Assembly (NCBI GenBank): GCA_965112155.1
Contig: OZ218110.1
Length of the DNA: 64,000 nt
Strand: one strand, 5' to 3'
Source of the DNA: Podarcis liolepis
Taxonomy: Eukaryota
Shown: piece by piece, positions 13,761 to 26,404 of the stretch
How positions within the stretch are numbered: the first letter of the stretch is position 1
How the letters are laid out: every line of letters starts with the position of its first letter
The notes under the pieces: generated by a model
The model's database searches: none
The model's input: only the letters and a program-made list of their open reading frames with translations
Told to the model about the DNA's origin: nothing
Position numbers and translations under genes: made by a program

Positions 13761-15466
13761 CACACGTACATACGACCACCACCCCAAACATCAATAACAA
13801 TTGAGAGCTGGTGTGGTGCAGAAGCTAAAAGTCTGAGTTAGAGACCAAGAAGTTTCCAGTGTGAATCTCCCTTCTGTCATTATCGTACTACATGACCTTC
13901 CAGTGTTTCTCAAGCATAGGTCCCTAGCTGTTGTTGGACTACAACTCCCACCATCCAGTTAGCTAGGGATGATGGCAGTTGTTGGCCAACAAAAGCTGGG
14001 GACCCAAGTTTGAGAAACAAGCAAAGGGATGGCCCTGTCACACAGAAGCATGAAGAGACTTGCTTCAGGTGGCTTGGTGGGGTAGGTGAGTAGAGAAAAA
14101 GGAAGGCAGAAACTGTGTCTGAACAGTGCAACAAGACTTTGTAAAATACTGCCCATGTGGGGGAGATGGGCATTTGGAGTCAACCTCCAACAGCAAAATG
14201 CTTTTGCATGGTACTGCATGGTTACCCATGGGGATCATAAAACTGACCTACCATACAGGATTGTTGCAAGGATTCTAAACAATATAATGTACACGAAGTG
14301 CTTATGGCTGTGTTCACTATACATTTAAAGGCCCATGGCTCACACACACCCCCCCCCAAAAAAAATAAAAATCCTGGGAAGTGTAACTCACACCTCTCAG
14401 CAACCAACAATTCCCAGCACCCTTAACAAATTACAGGATTCTTTGGAGTAAGTAATATGCAGGTGTGTATATATTTTAAAAAGTGACATGAATTGTAATT
14501 AATTGATGCCCCAATCCCTAGCCTTGTTGCAACCCACCAGCACCCACTTGAGTACAACATTCTAACCTGCAACTTCCCTCAGAGGAAACTAGTTCCTTTC
14601 CATGTGAGCCCTCATCCAGGTCCCAACCAGGAGAAGAAAGGTTTGGTAGGTAAATAAACTTACCAATTTACTTTCCCCCCCCCCAGCCCTACTCCTGGGG
14701 GTGGGTTAGGGGGTTCATAACAGTTTGAGAAAGAGAAAGGAAGTGGGTGAAGCATCTCCCACCCTGCAGTGCCAACCTAGCATTGCTCCATTTCCCCACC
14801 TTGGGCTGCTGCTGTTGAAGACGGAGAAGCAGGTTGGGGTGAAGCAGTTACCCTAGAGGACAAGAAGTTTGCTGAGCAGTAGCATACAGGAGGATATTAT
14901 GCTACACACGTTCAAACTCCCACCCACTTCTATGCCCTGATGTTGTCATCTTATCTTTCTGGCCTGGCTCCAATGTCTTTAATGACAACTAGTAACAAAG
15001 ACACAATAAAGCAAGTCAATTCACACCACTCTCCTTTCCAAGCTGGGAAAAGCTTCACTGAGATTAATGTCTATGTTTCCAGTTGCTGTTCAAAGCATAC
15101 AAGCAGGGTCAAAAAACTGGATCACACATGCATGTTGTTCCCTTGATGACACTGCACCCGATGGCTTGGCATGGGAACGTGTGAACCAACTCTACTGAAA
15201 AGCACTGTGTTGGATGAGATACATGGGAACATGAATCTTCTATCTGCTGTGACTCATGCATGCACATATACACAAGCCACAGTCTTAAAATGAGAAAAAT
15301 ACATGTGTAAATGGTTCTGGGGGTAAATCAGGCAATCCTATTATCCACCACACAACAGCCACAGAAAAAAAGTTGCAACAGGCCAGAACCACCAGGAAGT
15401 GACAGTCTTCCTTATCTTATTGCGCCCCTTGCCACCCATCAGCCATAGATCTCTCTGTTTCCCCTA

Positions 15467-15775
15467 GGGCCAGGAGCAGCTCAGTGGTAGGACACATACT
15501 TGGTTCAATCCTCAGTTTCTCCAGTAGAAGCATCCCATGCGGGTGGGCTGAGAAAGACCAGTGATGTGGAACTTGTGGCCCTCCAGCTATTGCTGTCTCC
15601 CAGCTCCCATAAGTCTCAACCACTAAAGCCAGTGATTATAGGAGCTGGAATCCAACAACATCTGGAAGACCACATGTTCCCATTCGTACTGGAACATGAA
15701 ATCTTGGGTGACTGCTACCAGCATAGAGAGCATTTAGATTAGATGGACCAACAGGCTGACTCTGTCCAATACAGT
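15467..15775 (+). mobile_element. tRNA-derived SINE interrupted by a hAT MITE (about 15559-15691)
   Basis: AGCTCAGTGGTAG head and AGATGGACCAACAGGCTGACTC tail separated by MITE arms. Confidence 0.65.
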
Positions 15776-15957
15776 TTTGTACCTTGATCTGAACCATTAT
15801 CAGCAAGAATGCACAGTGTCATTTCAACACTAGTTTGCTGCCAAGCACCATCCATTGGCCACTGATCTCTACATCTTCCATAAAGCCATGAATACAATCC
15901 TTCTCCCCACCCCTCCTGTCCCATACTTCCAGGAACTGCAGCAACCAACCACTAGAG

Positions 15958-16087
15958 CAGGGATGTGGCCCTCCAAAGGTTTGATGGACTCCCATTCTCA
16001 TCAGCCCCAGCAAGCATGGTCAGAGGTCAGGGATAATGGGAGTTACAGTCCATAAACATTTGGAGGGCCACAGGTCCCCCAACCCTG
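15958..16087. mobile_element. hAT MITE related to 9156-9291
   Basis: TGTGGCCCTCCA..TGGAGGGCCACA inverted arms; 8-bp TSD CACTAGAG. Confidence 0.88.
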
Positions 16088-16325
16088 CACTAGAGAAAGT
16101 AGAAACCTTATCAGGCATTACATCCTTAAGCCTTACACTCTTCAAAACCTGAAAAGCCCATTGGCCACAAGAATAGCAGACAAACCTGCTTCAGTTCAAG
16201 ACAGCTGGGTCACCAAGATATATCAGCCAGGGTCTCCAACAGAGATACCCAATTTTCACTTCTTGGGTTGTCCCCATTGTTTCCACTAATGCCAAAAGGA
16301 AAACAAAACTCTTGTTTGTACTCAC

Positions 16326-16889
16326 AGTTGTGAAGTTCTTCTCGCCACACTCCTGCCCCCGGAACTTGCAGTATAACAACATCTCCTTCATGTCATGGCC
16401 CACACGTCCCATGAACTCACTCATGCTGAAGACTTTGGCTCGGTGATGCTGGAAGTTGGCCTTCTCTCGCAGGATGGCCAGGACTGCTGGGTCAGCGAGA
16501 TGAGGGTGAAGGACCTGGAGGTTGACATCCAACAAGGCCAATAGGTCGCCAGCATGGTACAGGTCATTGGTAGTGAGGCGGGAGAAGCGGAACCCGTTGA
16601 GGTTGCAGATGGTAACAGCTGGGAAGACCAGGCTGTGGGCAACGACCTCATCCACTCTGGTGACATGCTGGTAGGAGAAGTAGTAGACCAGCCGCTCGGA
16701 GCTCTCCACCAGGAGGAGGCCCAGGGAAGCCACAAACACCAGAGCCCACAGGGCCCGCCGCACAGTCATAGGTCCATAGACAAAGATGTGGCGGATTCCA
16801 TGGAGGGTTGAGGTGTTGGCAAAGATCTGGAGGCTGGAGGGCTGGAGGCTCCCCAGGCTTCCCTCGCTGGTGCTCTCCTTTAAATCCAT
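16326..16889 (-). CDS. ASIC2: Acid-sensing ion channel, ASIC2a-type first coding exon (188 aa: N-terminus, TM1, start of ectodomain)
   Basis: MDLKES..SLQPSS.QIFANTSTLHGIRHIFVYG, HG motif, FPAVTICNLN and YFSYQHVT are ASIC2a-like. The frame ends at ACT|gtgagt, the usual ASIC exon-1 boundary. Family is certain; orthologue versus paralogue is not provable here. Confidence 0.85.
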
Positions 16890-17129
16890 GGAGAAAGGAT
16901 TGGTCATGAAGGTGCCACTTCCCTCCTCTGACTGCAGCCAGTTTCTCGTGCGCTCCAGCTTTCCCTCATGGGGTGAAAGAGGCAACAGAAGCAGCCAGCA
17001 AGCAGGGCAGCTGCATGTGAGTGTTTGGGTGGCAGTGGGGAAGGTGCTTGCTGCGTGCTCTCCCCAGCAGCCTGGCAGGGACAGTGTGTGGGGGGAGGGG
17101 GGGTAAAATGTTTATTTAAAATCCATTGC

Positions 17130-17263
17130 AACTCTACCGCTTGATTTCCTCGCTGCGATAAGGAGGGCTGGTTTTATTTAGGGAGACACCAAGGTGATGT
17201 GGAAGAGATGTGGGTGGGAAGGCAAGGAGCAGCCAATGGAAGCAAAGCCCTCCCCCTTCCCTT

Positions 17264-17300
<37 letters not shown>

Positions 17301-17440
17301 GAGCTAGTGATGAGATTACCAGTGTGTGAGAGAGTGTGTGTGTGTGTGGTGTGTGCGCATTTAAAGGGGAGCAGTCCAAGCTGCTTGCAACCCATCCGCT
17401 AAATAAGTCCGAGCTGCTTGCAACCTATCAGCTAATGTTT
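17130..17440 (-). promoter_or_regulatory. Candidate proximal promoter/5' region of the ASIC exon
   Basis: CCAAT at about 17233, TTTAAA at about 17360, (CT)n(CA)n and (TG)n tracts and a 33-bp tandem duplication, 250-550 bp upstream of the ATG. Confidence 0.35.
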
Positions 17441-20400
17441 TATGTGGAAAGATGCTGCTGCCTGCCTCTGGAGCCAACACACTGCAGAACAGAGCAAGGT
17501 TCTTGAAGGAGCGGGAGGACTAATACCACCACCGCCCCCACTCCCTGCTGATGATTTTCCGGGCTGCTGGATTCCAGCATCCATCTCCTCTCTTCCCTTC
17601 TCAGGCTGCGTCCCCTACCCATGTCTTTTAGTCTGGGAGCTCCTCAGAGATGAAGCCAAGAGGACGACAGACAAAACTCGCAGGACAAAGGGCTGAACAT
17701 GACCAGGCCTTCGTGTCATAGCAGAGCATCTGGGGAAGATTTGACAGCTGTACCCCCAGTAGTTGCTGGTGCAATGAAGGAAAAACAGCCAGGGCTGAGC
17801 TCCAATGATGCCTGCCAAGAAGGATTCGCCGGAGAACACACTGGCCGCAGCAAATAAGTTTGCCTCTTTTTTTGCCCTTTAATGTTTGCCATCTGTCTTG
17901 ACAGGGTACCATCGGCTCCATGAACCACCACACTTCCCTCCTTCCTCATCTGATCCCAGGCTGACAAACTGCAGGAAAGAAGAGTTTATCATCAGGGTAT
18001 GTTACAATGCCAGCCACACTGATTTTAATTTCTTATAAAGCTAATTCTATGTTACAGGGAAAAGGAGTAAGTGTCCAGAATTTAATGAAAGCTTAGCCAC
18101 ATTTTTGTCAGTGTCTTAAAACTCAGAGATAGACAAATAAATGGCAACAGCGTCTTAAATGTGTTTATCAGTATACACTTGTGTGTGTTCGTGCGTGCAT
18201 GTGCGGGGAGGGGGAGAAAGAGATTTACCACATTAATTAGAGACTGAGAGCATCCGTATGTGAATGCCAATATTTGGCAACCTTCACTGTAATATGTGTA
18301 CACACACTGTTTTAGCCAAAGTTAAGCACTTTAGGGCTGCAGTCTTTGGTGCACTTACCTTCAAGTAAGTCCCATTGAATTAATTTGGTACTTCTGAGCA
18401 GAAACCGTTAGGATTTCTCTGTAAGCAGATGAACTAGGGAGCAAGTCCCACTGAATACAGTGAGGGTTAACATTTGAGAAAACATGCATAGGATTGTGCT
18501 GTTATTCCCATTCATTTCAATGGGAAGATTAGGCACATAATTAAGCCTTGCCTATAGGAATGAATGAGACGTCAAAATGCTTAGCTTTAACTGGATCGTG
18601 CTCATGAAATATTGCAAAAAAGAGAGGAATATGCAAACGTTTACTTTTCTGTCATATTTGTACCCCAGACTTAATCCAAGGACCTCAAGTCAGCATATGT
18701 GGGGTTCTTCTACAACCACAGCAATCACGTGAGGTAGGTTTTAGGATGACAGAAGGTGACTAGCCCTAGGTCAATCCTGTGAGCTTTGTGGCTGAACAGG
18801 GATTTGAATCTAGGACTTTTCCGCTCAAAGCCTAACACTTGATTCACTACACCATGGCTGCAATCCTAACCATGCTACTTGGAAGTAAGTCTCATTGAGG
18901 TCAATGGGACCTGTTTCTAGGTAAGTGGGGTTAGGATTGCAGCCTTGCTCCTCTATGAAAATGCAGAATAAGCACATGTGGGTGAGTGAATATATTTTAA
19001 ATGAGTGTCTAGTTATGTGGACAAAAGAACAACTTCCAACCTCCACAGTCAGTGGCAGTTTAACTCATTATTATTTATCTGCTGCAGATACTGATACCTA
19101 TTTTCAACTTTCCCTCCACCCTCTCAGTTTCGCAAAACATTTATCAATTTTTACAATTCCTTGCAGAAGTATTTTATCAAGCACCTTTCTTTTCTCTGAT
19201 TTTATATCATGCACTTGAGCACGCACATACGTGCAATTTCATAGTAGCGTATAAAGGGGTCACATGAGCAGATTTTACATGTCTTGTAGTCCACTTTTAT
19301 GCATGTCAACCTGAAAATAAATTTCACTTAGATAATGTGGCTTGTTTTTTTATTTATGTATTGAATTTATATACCAACCTATAGCCGGATGTCTCAGGGC
19401 AGTTCACAGAACGAAATCGGTTATTGGCTTAGTCCCAAGTGTGCACAGGATACCAACTTTAAATTTTGAAAAAGCACCAGCAGGACACACCATGGGGTGG
19501 GGAGGTGAAAAAATAGATTATCTGAGGAGCAGGTAGTAGGCCTTTCATGCATGCTTACATGCATGCATACCGAAACAAAACATATTCAGGGTTGCACCAG
19601 ATGTGGAAGAAGATTCAGAGCAAGAAGCCAAAGTATGACCATTGGTATTCCCACAATTTTTATTTTTATTTTATTGTGAGCACAGGAGGAACAAGATTTT
19701 CCACCACAGCAGGTAAGTCTGTGTGTTCCAGTAGTGGCTGGCACCTGTTAGGGCTGATAGGGTGGAAGGGAGGGAGCCCAGCAGCAGGTGGCACCAGAGC
19801 AAATGACAGGCAGAGCCAACTAATTCTAGCTTTGCCCCCATCCTCTTCCCTGCTGAGTTTTACAAGATAAACGAGAGGAAGCTGGCACAACCAATGCCAC
19901 CCCCTGCACTGGATATTAGTAAGAAGGCAGGCAGGTGGGTGCTGGCTGATGATGGTGGAGCAGTGCCCCATTCACCCAGATGCACCAACTACCATTGCCA
20001 GTGTGTACCTGGTCTCCAGCAAGCAGAAGACCAGTTGAATGTTCCTCTTCCGCTCCCTCCCACTCCCCATCACTGCATTTTGCCTGAATGGCAGCAGAAA
20101 TGAATCCGCTGGCAAGAGATGCCCATGTGTTCCTTTGCTACCCTAACAACTAATACTTAGAGGGCCATTAGCTTACCAAGAGGCTGGCCTGGCTATTCCA
20201 ACAACTGAATCCTCCATTAGATCTTAAGTCTTGCTGGATCCAGGAATTACAACAATATTGCTTCTGCTAACAGCCTGCATAGGTGCTGCTTCTGGCCGTA
20301 TTCAGTAACCCTTGCTTTCTAGGGCTCAGTTTATGCAAGAAAAGTCAAATGAAACAAAAAAGCAAGGGGGGGCCTAGAAAATCCTGCCCCCTCCCCTTCA

Positions 20401-20734
20401 TTGGCTAATGCATTGGGGAAGCATGGTCTTCACTTCTTCTTACACCTAACAATCGTGCCACTATTGTTGCTTTAATTGGCAGAAATTGTTCCTAGAAAAG
20501 TAGAGGGCTTGAATTCTTGCTCGATAATATTTGGTCTTATAGTGTTTTATTTCTTTATTCATTACTACTTGTATATATGATGTGATTATCATAATTATTA
20601 TATATTATCTTTAATAAAATATTTTGTGTTAAAAATGCTTTTTCAAAAAGAACAGTGCTCACATAATGTTAAGGAAAATAAATGGTTACGGAGAGGCTTA
20701 CTAGAAATGGAATTCACAAGCCTCAATCTCTCCA

Positions 20735-20992
20735 GAGCCAGTGTGGTGTAGTGGTTAAAGAGCAGTAGTCTCGTAATCTGGGGAACTGGGTTCGCGTCTC
20801 CGCTCCTCCACATGCAGCTGCTGGGTGACCTTGGGCCAGTCACACTTCTTTGAAGTCTCTCAGCCCCACTCACCTCACAGAGTGTTTGTTGTGGGGGAGG
20901 AAGGGAAAGGAGAATGTTAGCCGCTTTGAGACTCCTGAAGGGGAGTGAAAGGCGGGATATCAAATCCAAACTCCTCCTCCTCCTCCTCCTCC
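20735..20992 (+). mobile_element. tRNA-derived CORE/MIR-like squamate SINE (Squam3-like) with (CTC)n tail
   Basis: A box TGGTGTAGTGG, B box GGTTCGCGTCTCC, CORE-like GGGTGACCTTGGGCCAGTCAC, L2-like 3' end. Confidence 0.8.
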
Positions 20993-21912
20993 TATCTTAG
21001 CCAAATCATGAAGCCTCCTGCAATCTCCACCTCCCTTAATTCAAGCATTAAGACTAGGAGCTGCAAGTCTCTAGTTCAAATCTCATCCCAACTAGGCTGC
21101 TGCTACCTCCCAGACCTGACATCTGTAACACAGAGGAAATAACCACTCTAGCCTCCTTAAAGAGATATTGCAAACTTGTGACGCTCTATACCTTTAAAGC
21201 ACATTTGAGTACAGCACACACACTCCTCAAATAATTCTGGGCACCGTAGTTTGCGAAGGGTTGCTGGGAATTGTAACTGTAAGAGGTAAACTACAAGGAC
21301 CAGATTTTTTTTTGAGGGAAATAAATGTGTATCTTTCTCATAGCAGACCTTGTGAGGATAAGCATCTTTTGTAATTAAAATAAAAAATTAGTAATCTGGG
21401 CCCAGTGTAGGGCAGCCAAATGTAAATGAACAACAAAGAGATAAAGTCACAGGAACCAATTAATAAATATATCAGCAAACAGTAGAAACAGGCAAATATG
21501 ATAGGCTAACCAATAAGATTCACCAATGATGAGAAACTGAAATCATTCAAACAATACAATACAAGTAAACAGCAAATCCTCCGATAATTATAGGACAAGT
21601 TTTCCAGGACTAAAATGCATTTCATATTTTTCAATCAACTGAAAATGCATATGAATAGCAACTGAAGACCCCTTGGTGTCTCAGTTTTCTTGCAGATTTT
21701 CTCTTCATTCAGGAGAGCGCCAATATACTATAAACTTTGAAAACAGCTTCACCCACTATATGAAGTAGAATATATAATGCAAGACCACCACACATAATAT
21801 ACTGTAGTTAATTAAAGATGTCTGTCGATTTCTGTTAGGTGCTACCATGCATCTGAATACAAACACCAAAGTAGTATTTTTGAATTAATGCAATATACAA
21901 AATTAGAATATA

Positions 21913-22223
21913 CAGTCATGGGAAAAAGAAAGTGCACTCTATTTGAATTCTGTGGTTTTACATATCAGGACATAATAGCAATCATTTGTTCCTTAAAAGG
22001 CATAACTAATTAGTATTTAATTTTTCGCACATGGCATTTCCATTTTGGCTTTATTTCTGTTAAATAAATCACAACACAGTGTAATATGCCATGCATCATT
22101 GTTCACCTGAGATTGTATTTACCTAATTTTAACACCTACTACAGAACAGAGGGTTGTTATCATGTCTTCATATGTAAAACCACAGAATTCTAGGATGGTG
22201 CACTTTCTTTTTCCCCATCACTG
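21913..22223. mobile_element. Tc1/mariner-type MITE
   Basis: Imperfect TIRs of about 60 bp (CAGTCATGGGAAAAAGAAAGTGCAC../..GTGCACTTTCTTTTTCCCCATCACTG) flanked by TA. Confidence 0.85.
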
Positions 22224-23753
22224 TATGAAATTACATTACAGCAAAAAACAACAACACCTCACATGCTTACCTTCAAAGATGAAAACTAAAGCTGTGGCAC
22301 ATTTTTTTCCCTCAGCGTAAGTGAATGCATAAACGGTACTCACTTCAAAAACCCCAAACTGAGGCCTTCTATGGAAGTGAAATTACCTACTCATGAGTTA
22401 ACACAGCTTAACAGGTGACTCCTCAACTTTAATGAGGAACTAGCCTTAAAATACAATTAAAGAAACATGTGTGATAACCTGCCTAAGAAGGTCCTAGTAG
22501 CAGCTACTGTTATGGTCTTTGGTCGTGCCTGAACCCACCTACACAATTCCCAGAGTAGCTGAATAATCAATCCCTCTTGCCAGGAAACTTTAGGAATTGA
22601 CACTCAAGGAGAACAGTCCTAAAAACTCTCAGCACCCTTAGCAAACTACAGTTCCCAGGATTCTTTGAGGAAAGTCATGCCTGTTTAAAGCGGCGTATTT
22701 CTGCTTTAAATATATTGCAAAGATGGGGCCTGAGGCCTTCCTGCAATCTGAGGCACAAGAGGCAAGGCCTTTTTCCTCAGAGGCACTAGAGAAATTTACC
22801 TGTTGCTCGCATTCCAAAAAGGCAGTTAAAACCTCTTTCTTTCAGAAGGTTTTTTTAAAATGGGATTTGCTGCCACTGCTCTGAAATGTTTTATAATTCT
22901 TCCACAGCCTCAGTTTTAGTTTGACTTGGACCTTTCAGGATAAATTGTTTTAATTTCTGCCTGTCACTGTAACGTAAAATCCCGCCTTCGGCATTATTTA
23001 CAAGAAGTCAGGATACAAATGCTGTGAATAAACAGACAAGCAAACAGACGGTAATGAAGAGATTATACTTCAGAAGCTACATGAAAGAACATATATCTTG
23101 TTCTGGAAGCCTGGAGCCAGTGACCACAATCTGACACCCACACAATAAATGCCCTCCCTTCACAGGCCTGGTTTACATCACTAGGAATTATGCTTGGGGA
23201 AATAAATAGGAAATTCAAGTGGGGGGGGGAGAGTGGAGGGTTGCTACTGCAGAACGTGATCACAAGATGGCGGCAAAGAATTAAAATTGGGAAATACATA
23301 TGCCTTTGCGAAATGTCTGGGGCCTGTGTTTATTAGTTAAAACGTGAAGTCTGGGATGTGACCAGTTGCTATGCTGGAGGAGGAGAAATGGTGGACAAAG
23401 TGTCCAGTTGCCTAAAAGCTCTGACTGGTTGAGAGACGAAGAAGCTCAAGGTATTAATTTACAGGACGGAGGGGAGGGGGGAAATTTAGTTGACTAGCCT
23501 TGTTAGAATTCAGTTGGGCAGGTTCCCCCCCCCCCTTCAATAGAGACTTTAAATCCCTGAAGCAAGAGAGCATAGGGCTATACTAACAGAGGGCTCCTGA
23601 CCCTCACAAATGCTTGTTTGCTGTGCCCACAACCAGGGAATAATTTTGGCCATGCCATCTTCCCCAGTTTTTATCTTGCATTCGTAATATTCCAACACAC
23701 AGTTGACATTCAGCCAAAATTTTACGTAGGCCTCTGAATGTTATTCTCTCGAT

Positions 23754-23891
23754 AGGAGCTGCTTCTTTTAGCTGGAATTCACCAAAACTCAGTTCCGGCA
23801 CCTCTCAGGTGGGCGCCATTGCCATTGTAAGAGAACAAGGGAGGCGTTCGTGGTGAGTTCCGGCACCTCTTTTTCTAGAAAAATAACACTG
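23754..23891 (-). mobile_element. hAT MITE, same family as 4474-4609, inverted
   Basis: Reverse-complement similarity to 4474-4609; TSD CTCTCGAT/CTCTTGAT. Confidence 0.8.
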
Positions 23892-23910
23892 CTCTTGATA
23901 AATAAATATA

Positions 23911-24144
23911 CTGTGGTATCTCTGGTTACGTACTTAATTTGTTCCGGAGGTCCGTTCTTAACCTGAAACTGTTCTTAACCTGAAGCACCACTTTAGCTAA
24001 TGGGGCCTGCTGCTGCCACCGGAGCACGATTTCTGTTTTCATCCTGAAGCAAAGTTCTTAACCCGAGGTAATATTTCTGGGTTAGCGGAGTCTGTAACCT
24101 GAAGCATATGTAACCTGAAGCGTATGTAACCCGAGGTACCACTG
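23911..24144. mobile_element. Tigger/pogo-like MITE
   Basis: TA-CTGTGGTATCTCTGGTTAC..GTAACCCGAGGTACCACTG-TA; internal TAACCTGAAG repeats. Confidence 0.85.
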
Positions 24145-24399
24145 TACAGCTCAAGTGTCAAAAGTCAGGGTAAAGAGGTACGTCTTCAGCATTCTCCATA
24201 GGCTATTATAATGAAGGCGACAGGCACATCTCTAATATGAGCACCACAGGTGCCAACTCCCTGGGTGCCCAAGCACCCCCAAAATTCCACATGAAGGGGC
24301 TGGGCACCCACAAATTTTGGTGCCAGGGCCTTGCACACTGCATAGCACCCACGGCCCCTGGCACCCATGGTCACGGGGCCAAGTTGGCACTCCTGATGA

Positions 24400-24600
24400 G
24401 CACTTTGTGAGTTGGGCCCAGAAACAAAATGGCAACCAGCAAAGCTGTTTTAAAACAGGGGGTATGTGAGATCCAAACAGAACCCTTGCCAGTAATCTGA
24501 CTGCTGCAATTTGGACCAGTCGAAGTTCCTGAATTGTCATCAAGGGCAGCCCCGCATAGAGCCCATTGCAGCAATCCATTCTGGAAGATACCAGAGCATA
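24400..24600 (-). mobile_element. L2 LINE ORF2 C-terminal fragment
   Basis: DCCNGLYAGLP..LRLVQIAAVRLL..HIPPVLKQLCWLP resembles L2 DYCN..LQLVQNAAARL..HITPVL..LHWLP. Confidence 0.85.
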
Positions 24601-24655
24601 TCTGGAAGTTATTTAGGATGGTTTGGAGGTTAATGTGATGTATATCCTGTATTCA

Positions 24656-24987
24656 GGGGTGTGGGTGGTGCTGTGGGTTAAACCACAGAGCCTAGGACTT
24701 GCCGATCAGAAGGTCGGCGGTTCAAATCCCTGTGATGGGGTGAGCTCCCGTTGCTTTGTCCCAGCTCCTGCCAACCTAGCATTTCGAAAGCACGTCAAAG
24801 TGCAGGTAGATAAATAGGTACCACTCCAGTGGGAAGGTAAACAGCGTTTCTGTGCGCTGCTCTGGTTCACCAGAAGCGGCTTAGTCATGCTGGCCACATG
24901 ACCCGGAAGCTGTACGCGAGATGAGCACCACAACCCCAGAGTCGGCCACGACTGGACCTAATGGTCAGGGGTCCCTTTACCTTTACC
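24656..24987 (+). mobile_element. Sauria SINE (lacertid type) with 13-bp TSD
   Basis: Typical body (GATCAGAAGGTCGGCGGTTC..GTAGATAAATAGGTACC) and (ACCTTT)n tail; TSD TATCCTGTATTCA at 24643-24655 and 24988-25000. Confidence 0.92.
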
Positions 24988-26352
24988 TATCCTGTATTCA
25001 ATCATAAATCCACAGATGTGCCACAGATCACCTGCATGAAGTTCATTAACACTGGGGTTCCATGGACCACAGTTTGGGAACTCCTGCTTTAGGAGGTTCA
25101 GACACTGTTTGCTTTTATGGTGTGCTAGAAACATTGTTCGATTTGTGATTCTTACTTTGCAAATGCTACCCAATATTTGAGGTAGCAGTCTTACATTCTA
25201 TCAGTGTTATTTATGGATGTACTGTGTTTTTATCCAGCTTTTCAGACAATTATCATCTCTGGAAACAGCTCACATCAGTTAAAAAGAGAGAGCTACAGAC
25301 CCTGCCATCAGGCATGCAAACAAAAAAAGACCACATGGACAAGGAAAGGGATCTGGAGGGAAAAGGCAGAGAAGCCATCAAGGCCCCCTCCAGATATCCT
25401 TTTTATCACCAGCAAATTTATTACCCACCCTTCACCAGCAGGTTCCAGGGCAGGTTACAACAATATAAAATAGCAAACAGTACAAACCGATTACAATCAC
25501 AGGAATCGGGCAGGCCCTAAAAACAGACATCTCAGGTGCCAAAGGCCAGTTTTCATGGTGCATTATTATTCATGCTCATGATGGTATCAGGGCAAGTTAT
25601 TCATGGTCCCACTTTCAGTACTGTTTGTACAGACAAACCTTTTTGGAGCTGACACACTGCTTTGTTTCAAAGCAGTGCATGCCCCTGTAACGCCTTGGTG
25701 ACACCCTGCGATTTTTGTATACCACAAATTTCCTGGTTTATTTTTTGACCCACTTTTGGTGCTCTATAATCCCCTTCTACTCGGCAGTAATACAGCAACA
25801 CTGGGAAAGCACCCCAGACCAACTAACAAAACAGAAGGATGTGCGGACTGTCCGGTCTAAATCTACCACAATGCCATGTTGCAGAATACATGTCTCATTT
25901 AAAAAATAATAATAATCCAACCAGCTTGGAAGGACTGCAACTCTTTAAGGTCAAAACAAATTGGTAAGCTAGGCTGATTGTCTCATGCTGGTGACTCTTT
26001 TTCCTGTTGCTAATGGATGAAAGCAGAGTGCTCTTTCCACCTTACTTCTTCAGTAGGCGCTTGTGTTTCTTCTGGGTGAGTTTTCTACCGCTGCTGCTTC
26101 TTTGGCCAATGGATAGGACAAGGTTAGCCTCTCCCTTGCCTTTATGTTTATTCCTGGGAAGCAGAGGGTGCAGCGTCACCAAGGAGCTAGACCCCCTGGC
26201 CAATGGCTGGATCCAGAATGTGCCTCCCTGCTACTCTCCAGTCCCAGGGCTTACTGTTACAGGCTGCAGTCTTTACACTTACAGACTACAAGCCAGGCCA
26301 GCAAACTCATTCTCCCAAGTGCTGATACTGAGGTGGGCAAAACAGCACAATC

Positions 26353-26355
<3 letters not shown>

Positions 26356-26395
<40 letters not shown>

Positions 26396-26404
26396 GGGGG
26401 GGGG
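26356..26404. repeat. (CA)n microsatellite followed by poly-G
   Basis: Directly visible. Confidence 0.95.

Noticed and set aside
1-16325. Second ASIC exon (VFT.YGKCY..) or an ASIC2b-type alternative first exon
   Set aside because: No matching translation found by eye or in the ORF track; consistent with a long first intron, though a short exon could have been missed
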